Shown here piece by piece: positions 11,425 to 24,628 of a DNA stretch of 64,000 nucleotides. The translations under genes were made by a program, and so were the position numbers. Numbering within the stretch: position 1 is the stretch's first letter; each line of letters starts with the position of its first letter. The notes under the pieces are model-generated. The model was not told where the DNA came from and ran no database searches. It was given only the letters and a program-made list of their open reading frames with translations. The stretch comes from Epiperipatus broadwayi (lineage: Eukaryota > Animalia > Onychophora): NCBI GenBank assembly GCA_028023455.1, contig JAQFVV010000001.1, positions 11,532,001 to 11,596,000 on the forward strand, in the 5' to 3' direction.

Positions 11425-12519
11425 ATGGACCAACCGAAGAAAGTTGCAGATTATGACAGCGATGAGGAGGTAATGCTCAACCTTCCAAATACAGCAACAT
11501 CGACTCATAGTGACCAAGAAAACAATGTGAAAGATCTCATCACAGAAATGAGACAAGAAAACAAAATGATGATGAACATGTTAAAACAATTCATGAATAT
11601 GACATCACAAAGACTGGACCGTTTGGAGGAAAACATGGCGCTCCACCAACATACTATTGTAACAAAAGTATTGCCAGACGAGGATACTCACTTTAAATGG
11701 CAACCCCAACAGAAGCAAGATGATACACAACTTAAATCATTGATAGATAATGAATTAGGAAAGGATATGCATGCCTTGGACGTGTCAGTCAAGCATCAAA
11801 GACAGGAGGGAGAAGAAAATGGACAGGTGAATGTGGATAAAGAGGAAATGAACATTCATCAACAGATGAATCCAATCCAGGCGCAACAAGGCAACCAAAT
11901 CCTTACGCCAATAATAATTAATCCGGTAACATCTCCTGTGGCAAAATTCGTACATATACAATGTTTTAGAGGGGAACCAGGGGGAAACCCTAGACACCAC
12001 CTAGACAGTCTCAAAATGTTTTTTTAATTTCAGAATATGACAGAACAAGAAAAAGTGGCGATCTCCAGTCATCATTTAAAAGAATCTGCCAGAGACTGGT
12101 GGAACACTCTGTCTATACAACCACAAACATTTATGGAATATGAGAATGCAATGTTGTCAATGTATTGGAGTGCAGAGCGGCAGGAAGGTTTGATATATTC
12201 CATAATGCCTGAAAGATACCCAGCTAACCATCAAGAGACTTATGCTCAGTTTTTTGTTAGGCAGGTAAATCGAATTAAAGCCCTAAGTGCATTCAATTAT
12301 CCAGAAATGCAGATAGTAAGGATGATTAGGCACAACATGCCACCCTGGATAAGGAAAATATTAATAGGCACTCAAATGCAAGATATTCAAGGCACGATTC
12401 GGATACTAACTGACATTGACTATGGAAACTTAGAAGAAAACCAAAATGATAGGGTCATGAACCCGTCCAAAAGTACAAGGCAGTATATACCACTGGATCC
12501 TGGGAAATATAGACATTAA
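11425..12519 (+). pseudogene. gag: Gypsy gag of element A with one in-frame premature stop (12025-12027)
   Basis: Track ORFs 11425-12027 and 12037-12519 are in the same frame. Retrotransposon-gag capsid motifs FRGEPGGNPRHHL..., VAISSHHLKESARDWW, YWSAERQEG align with the element B gag. Confidence 0.88.
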
Positions 12520-12764
12520 AATAGATACATAACTTGTTAGATTAAAACAACACGGACTCGTTTTAAGATATAGCAGATTGAATTATGGATAAACTGTTAG
12601 TTATTTAGTAAAAGAAAGAAAAACTGTTAGTCAGTAACAAGTTAAATTTTACACCAAATAAAGAGTAGGCTTGAACTCACCTGGCACAAATTCTTACCTC
12701 TGACCTGAAGCAACAGCATTTTTTTTTTTAAACATTTTTTTTTTGCTCACTAACTATTGGGAAA

Positions 12765-14961
12765 TGAAGCAATGGATCTGAAGTCCAATCCATGCTTCAC
12801 ATCTTCCTATAAACTTGATTAATATTGTAAACCTAAATTAAGTTTATAGTCCAATATCAGCAGGGTTTTGCATTACAGCTAAAATTAATTACGTTATTAA
12901 ATTTGTATTTGCTTTTAAATATTTCCTTTTAAATAAATTCCATTGTAACATTAAACTGCTGTTAAAAATATTACTTGTGAAAACCGTTTAGTCAAACATA
13001 TATATATACATCTAGCGTATATATATATGAGTTAATGCAAAATTCTGCTGAAATAAAATGCTTATTCTACTATAAAAAAATAATAATATATTGTTGTTAA
13101 AATTTTGTTAAAATATTTAGTATGATTTGATTTTGAGATAAGCCCACCAACATTTTCTAAAAGAATGTATAGTTTTAATTAGTGAGCCATTCAAGTCTAA
13201 TTAAAGATGGCCTTCTCTTTCTTTTTTTTTTAAATTAATAGAATTCAAACTTTAAAGAAAGAAAGTTAGAGTAAAAAAGTTAAAGTTATTTTTAGAAAAT
13301 GTTACTTTGAAACAAAGGAGCATGGGGGCTTATCAAGATCATACGAACAATAGAAGGTAGCTGACAGAGAGGGTATAAATAAAAGGGAGAACAAAAGATT
13401 AGGCAATCAGAGTTTCTTTTTGGAACAAGTCAATCAGAGTTTCCTTTTGGAACAAGTCAATCAGAGTTTCTTTTTGGAACAAGTCAATCAGAGTTTCCTT
13501 TTGGAACAAGTCAATCAGAGTTTCCTTTTGGAACAAGTCAATCAGAGTTTCCTTTTTGGAAAAAGATCAGTCATTCAGATTTTCCTTTTGGAAAAGATCA
13601 GTCATTCAGATTTTCCTTTTGGAAAAGATTATTCATTCAGAGTATTCTTGCGGGCTGTCAGATTGCTCCGTGGAGAACTTTAGAAATTTTGCTGTTGCCT
13701 GTTGTGATTTTATTATATGAATTCGATGGAGTCTACCATGCTTGGCTAGGCAAATAAATAACTTTGTCTACCGCCGAGGGTTCCTCAATACCAGAAAAAT
13801 GCCGTAGTATTTACTCAATCGTCATCTGAACTCTGTGCCGTGTCTGGAGGACTTTTTGTGAAACCATGCTACCGATTTCCACTTTCCTTGTCCGGACAAA
13901 CACATCTCATCAGACGGATCAAGCTAGTCGATGGAACATGACCAAGGAATAAGGACGGTAATCATATCTCTCCTCATGAACTATTTATTATACTACCCTT
14001 TTTGTCCATACTTTTTATAATTGCTTCCTTGAATATTTATGAAATGTGTGTTTAATGATATTTATAATGTAACTATTTTTATTAGACTAGTTAGATATAT
14101 GTATATGTGATCATCTATCTAGATATTTAACCCTTTTTCCTTCGCTATTCTTCAATACTCCCATGTGTAAATATTTTAATTCTATTGCGGTTAAGTTTAT
14201 TAGTTAATTGTTCATATAAAAATCCCTTTCCAGTTTTATTCATACTTGTAAAATTTAGTACGAGTAAGTTTCCTTTTTTTTTGTTTGCCAACTTGATCTC
14301 CTCGATAACGCTTCTTTTGTCCGCCATTAGCTTCTTACGTATGTCAGATTTAGCGATATACATCTTAAATCATTTTAAACTCTGTTTTAGCGCAAAGCAA
14401 TTCGAAACTGCTTTGCGAAAGATTTTTATTATTGCACCTTATCGAGCAGATTCGAGTTGACAATGTTTAATAAAGCTGGGAAGGAAAGATTTAGACCGCA
14501 AGCATATTAATCTGGTTTTCATTGTCTCATTAGCTATTCATTAATTTCGGGGAATAGCGAAGGCCATTAAATTATTAATAATATTTCAAATGTCATTTAT
14601 TAAAGATATTTATTTAACTAAAAAGCTTGAGTTTGCTAGTTATATTTCAATGCTTTGTTTTACTTTTAAATGATCCAGGCACGCCAAACACATATTTCTA
14701 AGTATTTTTGCACATTTAACTATTTAGCTCCGTAGGTGGTTCTGTCCATGTCTCCCGTTGATGCTAAGCTCATGGCGCGGTAAGAAAATATCTATGCGTG
14801 TCTCAGATAGTGTTGTTCGGTTCATGATAGCTTCGAGACTAGACGAATAGGGCAGAGGTCATAGTATTCTTGGTTTAATATCTCGCATATGGGTGGCCTC
14901 GAGGTACTTTTGCCTAGTATTCGAACTGGGTTAAATCAACATACATCATCTGACTGTCACA
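12765..14961 (+). repeat. 3' LTR of element A (2197 bp)
   Basis: Near-identical to 6584-8787 (one TA unit and a 5-bp segment missing). Preceded only by a short GGGAAA purine run. Confidence 0.95.
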
Positions 14962-16286
14962 AAAAACATACAAATTTTTTAGAACTATATTAAATTGTAA
15001 TACTAAATTATCATTTTGTTCATATTTGTAATTAAATTGCGAAACATTTCTCACATCTCTGATACGAAATTTTTTTTTCTTTCTTTTTTTGCAACTTAAA
15101 TTCACAAACATAGCTATTGATTGATTAACTCTGCTGTTGTTCTAATTAAACAGATAAATAAATGGAATACGTAAATTTCTAATTTGAATAAAGCACCTAC
15201 ATAATCATCTCACTGTTTAAATACAACATGAGACTTAATCAGTCTATGAGAACTATGATTCTGGTGAACCTCACTGAAAGTGCAAGTACACTCAGCCATT
15301 TTTAAATTGCAAAGGGGGGGGGTACATATCATGTCGCAGACTTGAAAAAGTATTACAGTCTAACTATATTTAATTATTTTAATATTACGATGTTATAATA
15401 ACAATAAAAAATATATAGACAATAGAGTTAATGCAAATAAATAGTTATTGGCAGAGATTATTTCTATTGTCTAGCCAGAAAGCTTACTGATATAATCACT
15501 TGATCCAGATGATCTATGCTATGCTATAGAATGATTTTAGTATTTTTCACTATATCTAAACTAAAAATGCAGAATTAAATGACATTTTATTACTTTATTA
15601 TTTATGAAGGTAGTGGCTCCATGAAAAATTAACTTCTATCTTTTTTAGCTGGTTTTTTTTTTCACTAGTTTTTCTCTTGAATCTTTTGTCTGATCAGATT
15701 CAAAGTTTCAGTTTATCATCATTGAAGAATTACTTTCTACTATTATTTGTGTTTGGTCTTGGTAGTAATTTGGATTTTTTTTAGAAAACAACATGAATCT
15801 AAACTTGCTATTCATTGAATACTGTCTTTAATTAAAAAGACTTTTGTTCTTATGTCTATTGATTTATAAACATTATTATTTTGATTGACCATACAATTTT
15901 AACTCTCCAGATTAATATCTTTATTTGCAGATTTATACTTTCTCCCAGAACCTCTCTATATAACTAATCAATAAACAAACTTAGCAAAATTCAATATCTT
16001 AAGTGGATTTAAAAAAAAACATCCAGAAATAAATCTACAAGAATATGAAAATGAGTAAAATTTTAGAAAATATATGCAAAGCCTAATCCAGTAAAATGCT
16101 TTAAACTTATAATTTACTGATAAAAAAAATTAATTTTCCATAAATGCTTTATATTATTTTGGACTTAAGCAGTTACTGAAAGTTTTTGTTATGTTTTAAA
16201 AATAAGTTCTAAATAATATAGATAGATAATAGAAATGTTGCAAAATCATGTTTACATTAAATATGAACTTTAGAAAACTATTGTGT

Positions 16287-17137
16287 TAGTAGAGCCATCC
16301 AGTGCAAATAGTAATCAGTGGATGCTAGAAAATTTGTGTATAAAATTCCTATCTACTACCTACTCATCCAATATCCCCAAACTAGTTTCTAGTTTGTGGC
16401 TTTCAGAGGTGAGGAGCCTTTGATCTGAGAGCATTGCACCTAGAACTTAGGATCTAATGCAACCCTTCAGCAGCCACACTTTACTTATTTAGTTTACTGT
16501 AAAGTTACGAGTTCCAGATGAAAACATAACAATGTTTTCAATTCAAGCTAATTCACTTTTTTTGTCATACAGATCTGAACCCAGTTCAGTATCTATACAT
16601 TTTGATATCTTAGTTGTTTTAATAACCACAATCATCATTATCCTGTGGGCATGAATGGTAGAAAATCATTAAAACATAACATGATCACCATTTCCTGTGC
16701 TTACACAAACTGTTAAAACAGTGTAACTCTTCAGACAATAGTGTTACCCAGTGCAAACCATAGTAATCAATGGAAGCTAAAATCTATCTAGTGCCTACTC
16801 ATCCAGTATCCACGGACTAGTTTCTAGCTTGTGACTTTCATCAGTGAAGAGCCTTGGTTCTGAGAACACAACCCTCCAGCAGCCATCTTTTATCATTAGA
16901 TCTTAAGATCTAGGTGCAGTGCTCTCAGATCCAGGCTCTTCACTGTTGAATGTCATAAGCTAGAAACTAGTCTGAGGATATTGGATGAGTAGGTACTATA
17001 TAAGGATTTTACATACAAACCTTCTAGCGTTCATTGATTTCCATGGCTTGCACTGGGCAGTACTACTGTCTGGAGAGTTTGCTACTATTTTAATAGTTTG
17101 TGTAAGCATAGGAAATGGTGGTCAGGTGATGTTTTAG
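16287..17137. mobile_element. Family R1 locus: two tandem minus-strand units plus an inverted plus-strand unit, each with a hammerhead motif
   Basis: Hammerhead motifs at ~16403 (-), 16838-16844 (-) and 16943 (+); unit spacing 435 nt. The inversion junction AGCCATCTTTTATCATTAGATC resembles the one at ~53770. Confidence 0.8.
16810..16851 (-). ncRNA. Minimal type-I hammerhead ribozyme motif (core intact, stem I decayed)
   Basis: Minus strand CTCTTCA-CTGATGA-AAGTCACAAGCTA-GAAA-CTA-GTC: CUGAUGA and GAAA boxes, palindromic ACTAGT stem III, GUC cleavage triplet. Confidence 0.6.
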
Positions 17138-17264
17138 TATAGTAAATTACTTAAGATTTTTAGAACTATATTAATTGAAATTTCCATTCATATTCATAAT
17201 AATTATCATTTCTAATATGTTAATATAATTCTGTTTATTTTTTAAAAAACATTAAGGTTATTAG

Positions 17265-17820
17265 TGTTTTCCTGAAAATTTATGATGATGGTGTTCTAGT
17301 TGTATTTTTATATTGGACTATTTCCATCATCTAATATGTGTATGGAATGTCTTTAGAAAAATTTAACTTTATTTAAATATTCCAAATACATTCAACTGTT
17401 ATCACATGATCACTATCTCTACTGTATGCAGAGTTTTGCTTTGTTTTGAATTGTTTAATAACATTCAACTGTTAGTAATAGCACATCAAAGAGGCTAATT
17501 AGTAGATAAGTATATGAAATTTCTACTGGTTGTTGCCTTTGGCAGGATGGCTCAGTTGGCTAGAGCATTGCCTTAATTCAGTAATCAAGAATCTAGGATC
17601 CAAGTTCGAATCCCATGCTAGTACTGTCACTAGTCAGACCAGCAACACCTGAAAAAGAGAAGGGAATAATACCTATCGAAACATTGTGCATATACTAACC
17701 TGTTTGATGTGCTATTACTAACAGTTGAATGTATTTGGAATATTTAAATAACGTTAAATTTTTCTAAAGACATTCAATATGCATATTAGATGATGGAAAT
17801 AGTCCAATATAAAAATACAT
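17265..17820. mobile_element. Inverted-arm insertion, family R2, with 13-bp TSD and an internal tRNA-derived Pol III promoter
   Basis: TTAAGGTTATTAG at 17252-17264 and 17821-17833. Arm ~17300-17480 is inverted against ~17700-17820. A box TGGCTCAGTTGG (17548-17559), B box AGTTCGAATCC (17603-17613). Confidence 0.75.
17402..17460. mobile_element. Tiny R1 insertion nested in R2, with 14-bp TSD
   Basis: ACATTCAACTGTTA at 17388-17401 and 17461-17474 flanks TCACATGATCAC...CTACTGTATGCAGAGTTTTGC, the two characteristic R1 ends. Confidence 0.75.
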
Positions 17821-20674
17821 TTAAGGTTATTAGGTTATTGTAATTATATGTCTGTTTTAGAGATGTAATAGTTGTAATATATTTTACATTGGGCTATATC
17901 TGGGAAAATCATTGTAAAACTTTTTCATAATTTGCTGTCCTTAACTAGGAATTCATTAAGATGAAGTCTTGTTTCCATATGGAGGCATTTATTTCACATC
18001 CTGTGCATGCTATTTATAGAATGGCCAAGGGAAGACTGTTATCCATCTATATATTAAATAAATAGTTTAAGACTGATTAATTCACACAATATACTAATAT
18101 ATAAACTTATTAATCTAGTGTCTCAACACAGCTTTAGAGTTTTGCTTGTTAGCTGAAAAGGCTATGGAAATCATAAATGTGATTTGTAGACTTTTATTGT
18201 TAAGATATCTATTACTATAAAGCTATTTCAAATTGAACTTAAGTTCTATATTTTAGCACTGCTTTAAGTTTATCTTCAGTACTGTTTCTTTTCCTTAGCA
18301 GGACTGTCAGCTGGAAGACATTGTTAATGTCCAATCAGTACAATAGTTGATTTGAATTAAATATTTTTATTTGCTATTGCTTCTTATAAACTTGTTGTAT
18401 AGTTTTTGAAAAACTGTAGCTTTTATACTGGAAAACCTCAAAAAATAGATTATGTGAACATTAGTTTTTTTAAAGTGAAAAAATGTGATGCAAAATTATT
18501 TCTTTTATATAAGTCAGAAATTTCTACATTTAGAAGATCATATGCTTAGAAATCATGTTAGGCAAATTAAATACATCTTCCTCCTGTAAACTTTCTTTTT
18601 ACTCATTACTTCCACTCCACATGTACCAAATCGTTTTAGTAGGATTTATTCAATTTCTTTTCCTAACCTATTTTAATAAAAAACTTAACTAAAAAAAAAT
18701 CTCTTTTATTCCTTCTACTAGTGTATAACTTATGTTTTTTCTCTTAATAATTTTATATTCGTAATATAAATTTTATATTTTTTTTTTTTCATTTCTATAT
18801 GATCATTAATGTCTTGAAAATTCTTTTTCTTCTTTTCTTAGTAATCAAAGTTTCAGAATTTGCATGTGAATAACAATAAACTCAGAATTTGCATATGAAT
18901 AATAATAAATTCCATCTATTATAATCATTCATCCTTTTATTTTTATTATTGTATAACTGAAAACGATTTTAGTCATATTAATTTTTCATAATTATATATA
19001 TTTTTCTTAATCAGTTTACATTCTTTTCTCATCACTTATAACTGTGAATATTTTCTACAAATGTAAATCTTGATTTCTTATATAAATAAATAGAAATACA
19101 GTAAATTATTTGTCTATACATTTTTTTTATATACAGTTTATTATTATTTTATGTATATTGAGATAAATCTTTTCTATCTCAATATCTAAAGTATTTTAAA
19201 ATATTTTATGATTGGCAAAGTACAAGTTAATTTCAGTTCTTATGTTTTTTTTTTTAAATATGCTTGTATTATTTGTTTGTATATATACGCACACATTAAT
19301 AGATTTGTGTTTATTATAGTTGATCAATATTATTTTAATTTGCAGAAAAAAAGGAAAAATAAACTTTGTAACTAAAATTGTTATAAATCTGTTTAAAATT
19401 TATTTTATAGGAACAATACTTATTTTATAAAATTTTAATTATTTCCATTTTATTAATTAAAACCTCTTGAGAAAATTAATTTTCTTTCATTGTCTTGTTT
19501 CTATTTTTAAGATTCTATTATCTGTGAACATATAAATTGATCTAATTAAAAGTGTTTGGTAATTCTATTAAATAAAAATAATTATTGCTTCAGTGAATTA
19601 AGAAAGTTCTAATAAATCTATTGATGATATAATTACTGGCTTATCTAAGTTAAAATTATAATCACTGCCTTTGTTAATTAAAAATTGATGATAAATGAGT
19701 GGGCTAATTAATTTTGGTACAATAAAAAGATCAGCTCAGAATTATAATTCATTCTATATTTCATTCTGCTGTCAATTCTGCATTCTTCTGCACTGATTCT
19801 CCTTTTATTTGTGATTATTACCTTGTCTGCTTAATCCAAAACTTCTATCGGTGGTTATGTTAAAAATTATGAGCAGCTAAAACACTAGGAAATGAACTTT
19901 ATTCTCCGGTATGTAGCCTATAGCCATTAAATGTTTAACATTGTTTGCTAAGTTAGCCAACAACATAACTAACTACTACTTTCAAATATGTTGTTCAAGA
20001 AATGCACATCTCAATATTAAAGAAGCAATTCTAGGACAAACTCTAAAGGAAGCCATGGAAACTATTACCCCCATTTTCACATATATATACAATTCAGCTT
20101 TTCTGAAAATTAATAACCCATTTATCAACTTCTATGGAACTTAAGGTGAACTTTATTATGAACTGTTTTATTGAGACATTACCAGTAAGCCAGTGATATA
20201 TAGGTTAAGTAATTTAATTTTATATTTATACATTTATCTGTTTTATAAACAATTTTTGTTTATTAATGTTATATGTTTTAATCTATGGTGTATTTGATAT
20301 TGATAGTTTTAATTTAATAATAGAAAATAGCATTTAAAATTGTAATTTTATATTTTCTACCCCTCATGAAAAAAGTTTATTACAAAGAAAATCATTTCTG
20401 CGATTGTTATTTACAATCCATATTACTTTTAGAGAAAAATTTACATTAAAAAAAAAGTGTTTTAAAAGATAGATTTTTTTCCCTCATATATGTTATAATT
20501 AATAAATAAAATAATGTCTCTGAATATTTTAAAATCGTTATTATATATGTGTGCTTGATAATGTGCCCATAATTTTACAAGATTGTTAAGCTGTTTAAAT
20601 ATGTTGGCAGTTTTACTTCTTTATTCTGTTTATATCACACACATTTGAAATTAAAGGAATTGATATATGTGTAC

Positions 20675-23545
20675 TGAAGCAGTTGATGTCTAATCACATC
20701 GAACTTCATGCTTCACCAGCTATAGTAACCTCCGTGGGGCCCACAATTCAGATCTCACGTATATGTCTGCCTTTTTCACACATTGCATGCACAATAATTA
20801 AAAGAAAAGCTATAAAAATATTTAGTAAAGGTAAAACAATAGTGTGTGTGATGCATATATATATGAATGAAGCAATGATTTAATAATATTTATTGCTGAA
20901 AATTATATTATTTTTATATGTATATTTTAATTGTATTTGGAATTAAAAAGATTTGACATATTTTACAATAGTTGCTAAGCAGAAATAATCTATTCTCTTT
21001 ATATAAGATTATTTCTTGCAAATTAAAAGTCAAAATTTTAATTAAAGCTATAATGAATCCTTTTGTTAATTTTTAGTAAATCTATAAAAAATCTGAAATA
21101 GCTTAAAAGGTATTTCGAACCTTATCTTTAAAATTTTTTTTTTTACTAATTAAATATTTTACTAATTAGAATTAAGATTACAGGGATAGTTGTGGACAAG
21201 TGAAATCGCATTCTTGGGGGGATTACAAATATATATAAAAGAGGCCATAGAATAAAAGAAGTCAGTTAGTAAATTCTTTCAGAACGTTAGATTCAGTAAG
21301 TAAATTTTCAGAGAGAAGTGATTCAAGAAATGATTCAAGATCTTTAAATTTTAAGAAGTTAACACAAGTTTGGCGCTATGAACTTTGAGTAGAGGGAATC
21401 CAGCACCTTTCTCTTCTGTACTTCCCAGAGATTGTCTGCCTTCTGCCACTGCGATGCTCTGTTCATCGGACCAAGCTACTAGAAGACTACCTGAGTGCCG
21501 TCCTTGACTGCGCCTGCTATGTTGTGCTTTCCTGAGGTAACCTTACTTAATGCAGAGCTGCTTTAAATTTGTATAATATGTAATGAAACTATGACATCCT
21601 TAATGTATTAGTCTATAATTCCTGCTAATTTTGCTCTTGAAATCTTTCTCTGTAATCCCTACTATTTTAGTGTAATTTTAACTTACCTTTCATGCTTAAA
21701 TTCTTGTATATAACTTTGTGTGACTCCATTAGAGATTTTAACTTATTCATTTATGTATGTAAACAATTTATTATATTTAATTAATATGCCAATATTATTC
21801 CATTCAACTTCGCAAGTCTAATAAGGGGTTATTTTATTTGTTTAACGGGAAAAGAAGTAGAGGCTTCATCTAAAATTTATTAGTATTCATTTTAACAGAA
21901 ATTGCTCGCTAGGTTGGTTTTTATATTCAAATCTTTTATTTTCATTTTCTTATCTAAAATATTATTGTGGGTGTATACTGTTACTTTATTGTTTGAATTT
22001 ATTCCTAAATTGTCATTTAAAAGATCGTGAACCTTAATATTGTTATCATCCGGTCTTGCTATTTGTCCGGAGAGTTAGTTCTGATACTAAAAAAACCTCG
22101 ATGGGTATCGAATTTAAAAATAATTTTATTAGGAATATCTGTTATAATTTGTTAATGATTCTTTGTTTAAACATATCATTGCGCAGAGGTCAAACCATTT
22201 TAAGGTGCTAGAATATAATGTATTAATTTTATCACTTAGGTATAACCCTGCTGGCATACCTTTTCTTTCTCTAGTGGTACTTACATATATATGTTTTTTT
22301 ATTGCTTTGACATTGGGGACTTCAGTCCGAAACTCCCTGTCCTACTTTCTCAAAATCATTCGTAATCAGGGGTATACGCTACTCCCTGTGGAATGCGAGT
22401 TTTATGGTGTTTTGATTGTGCTGCGGAATTCCATACAGCTGGCTCCGGGCATTGGAACCCAACCTCTCCATTAGATCTTGTTCATTCCCAAATATGTTAA
22501 AATGGTGAAGTATTTAAACTACCATAAGATCCATATTTCTCTAATGACATGCTAGTATCGTTATTGTTTTATTAAATTGATTTATGCCTGTTTGACTTTT
22601 CATTAGTCACAATGAGGTGTTGGAAAATGATTCATTCATGAAATGCGCCATCGTGCTAATTAGTCAGTACGCTGTTTTTAATCTGATTTCTTTTAAAATA
22701 CTAATTGATTCCCATAGACACAAATCAATATATATTCTCTGTAAAATCTTAATGATTATATGCCTTACCCCTCCCTGACAATGTAACGCATTGTTTGTTT
22801 CTTGTATACTTAATTCTAAAGACACTATTTCCAAACAATGCCTGTCAAACATATGTAATGATTTTAAAATTTGAAATAAATTATTTGAGACCGTATATTT
22901 ATATTTATTTGTCAAAATGATTAATGCTAAATTATCAAGCATCTTTCTGTAATCCGAATCTGTTCCGATCTTGTAGATTGTTTTATGCATCCACAACATT
23001 AAATATTTGTAAATTGGCTTGTTCAACTCAGCACAAGTTATAATTCATTCAGTAAAAATTATATCCATTGAATAATTAACATAAGGGGATTATATAAAAC
23101 AATTCCCGAAATTTTGTAAATATTTAACATTATACCAAGCGTGAAATTTCTTTGTGTAATATATATATATGTGTGTGTGTTCTCCTAATATTTCATTAAA
23201 TTTACATATGTAAATCCTGGTTTCTAAATTATTATTTTCTTTTAATTAATAACTATAATTAACAAAATAACTGTAATAAATGTAATCTCTGGACTACTCT
23301 TATCTCGATCATCGTTATCAGTCTGATCTTATGCTCTACCACTGTGTTTCTGGGCCTGGAGTTAAAGTAATTATGCTGTACCATTAGAATTGTTGTTCAT
23401 AGGATCAGAGACTTGAATAATAGGCAAATAGGTGAGAATTCAGGATTGCTCTAGATCTGTGTATCTCGAGCATGATCGGATTCGAGGTACTTTTGCTTGG
23501 ATTGGATTTTTAGTCTTGTGTGAGCAGACATTTTTGACCTGTACA
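20675..23545 (+). repeat. 5' LTR of element B (2871 bp)
   Basis: Colinear with 29446-32319 throughout, with clearly more substitutions and indels than the A LTR pair. Confidence 0.95.
21234..21267 (+). promoter_or_regulatory. LTR B core promoter: TATA box, AATAAA and TCAGTT initiator
   Basis: TATAAAA 21234-21240, AATAAA 21251-21256, TCAGTT 21262-21267 (28 nt from the TATA box). The 3' LTR copy has AACAAA in place of AATAAA. Confidence 0.65.
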
Positions 23546-24321
23546 GGGTTTTTTTTTTTTCTGGTTTGTACACCCAAATTGTGGGATCTGTTAATCATTG
23601 TACACCCTGAAGAGATCATTGATGATATATATGTATATTTCTTGTCTCCCTGAGTTTGTTTTACATGTATAAAATGTGAAAATCTTGTTTTTAAAAAATT
23701 TTAATATCGATGTATCACAACCATAAGTGCAAATTTTTTTTATATATCTGGTTTTGCAGCTAAAAAAAAATTTTGTTTTCCTGTTTTAAAGCTACAAATG
23801 TAAAAATCTCGTTTTAAAAAAAATGTAATACCCATATGTTACAACCATAAGTGAAAAGTTTTTTTTTTCTGTATCTGGTGTTATAACCATATAAAATGTG
23901 TTTCTTATGTTATATATATATGAAAATGTTTTAAAACCCATGTAGTTCACCCATAAGTTATAAACTTTGAAATTATAACAAGGGGTACTTCATGTTTAGT
24001 GTATTTTCTGTACATTGTATATGTAATAAGAATTAATAATGTGTAGCAAATATTTATTAATATTCACGAGTTGAGTAGCCAGATGTGTTTGGAATTTTTT
24101 TAATTTACTGTTGGCTGGCGCCATAATATAAATGTGCCAACAGGTAATAATAATAAAATAAGGTATCAAAATGAGTTCAAACTAGGATATTAGGGGTTTA
24201 GAGAGAGTTAAATTACTTTCCACTGTTTTGCCATGTTTATTGTAATAAGCAAACATATATATATGATATTGCTGAAACAAATAACTAATCTTTTTTTTTT
24301 TTTTGTAAGAGTCTATTATAG

Positions 24322-24349
24322 GTGCAGAAAAACAATCAAAAGTCAAGCA
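24322..24349 (+). other. Candidate 28-nt microexon in the element B leader
   Basis: Poly-T...CTATTATAG acceptor, GTGCAGAAAAACAATCAAAAGTCAAGCA, then a GTAAGG donor. Homologous to 11005-11029. Confidence 0.6.
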
Positions 24350-24628
24350 GTAAGGCAGTTGAATTTCAATAGATCGTATCCAAACATATTATGATAAACT
24401 ATTTATTTTTTTCGTTTATAAGCAGCAATCAGCAGCAACATAGATAGCAGAAGTAAGACGGCAGAAGTAAGACAATTGAATAGAGGAGGAGAGAGGTGTA
24501 TACCCTGCATAAAATAAGAAAAGAAGAAAAAAAACACAAACCTTATTTCACAAACAATTATAAGTGACAATACTTTAAACAAAAAAAAAAATGGTGAAGA
24601 AAGAACCAATAACCAACCAGTATCCAAA

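Larger units (their letters stand above)
6584..14961 (+). mobile_element. Element A: young non-autonomous Ty3/Gypsy LTR element (Gag only, no pol/env)
   Basis: Two near-identical ~2.2 kb LTRs with TG..CA termini, a possible AAAA TSD (weak, poly-A context), a tRNA-Lys-like PBS, a 2.6 kb leader and a gag ORF. No RT, RNase H or integrase core. Confidence 0.92.

Noticed and set aside
17541-17620. tRNA gene
   Set aside because: A and B boxes are present, but the acceptor and anticodon stems do not pair properly, and it sits inside a TSD-flanked repeat.
22163-22474. Hydrophobic plus-strand LTR ORFs (also 31006-31227 and 7661-7846) as env remnants
   Set aside because: They lie inside LTRs rather than between pol and the 3' LTR, have no recognisable furin/fusion motifs, frames differ between copies, and T-rich DNA gives hydrophobic translations by default.
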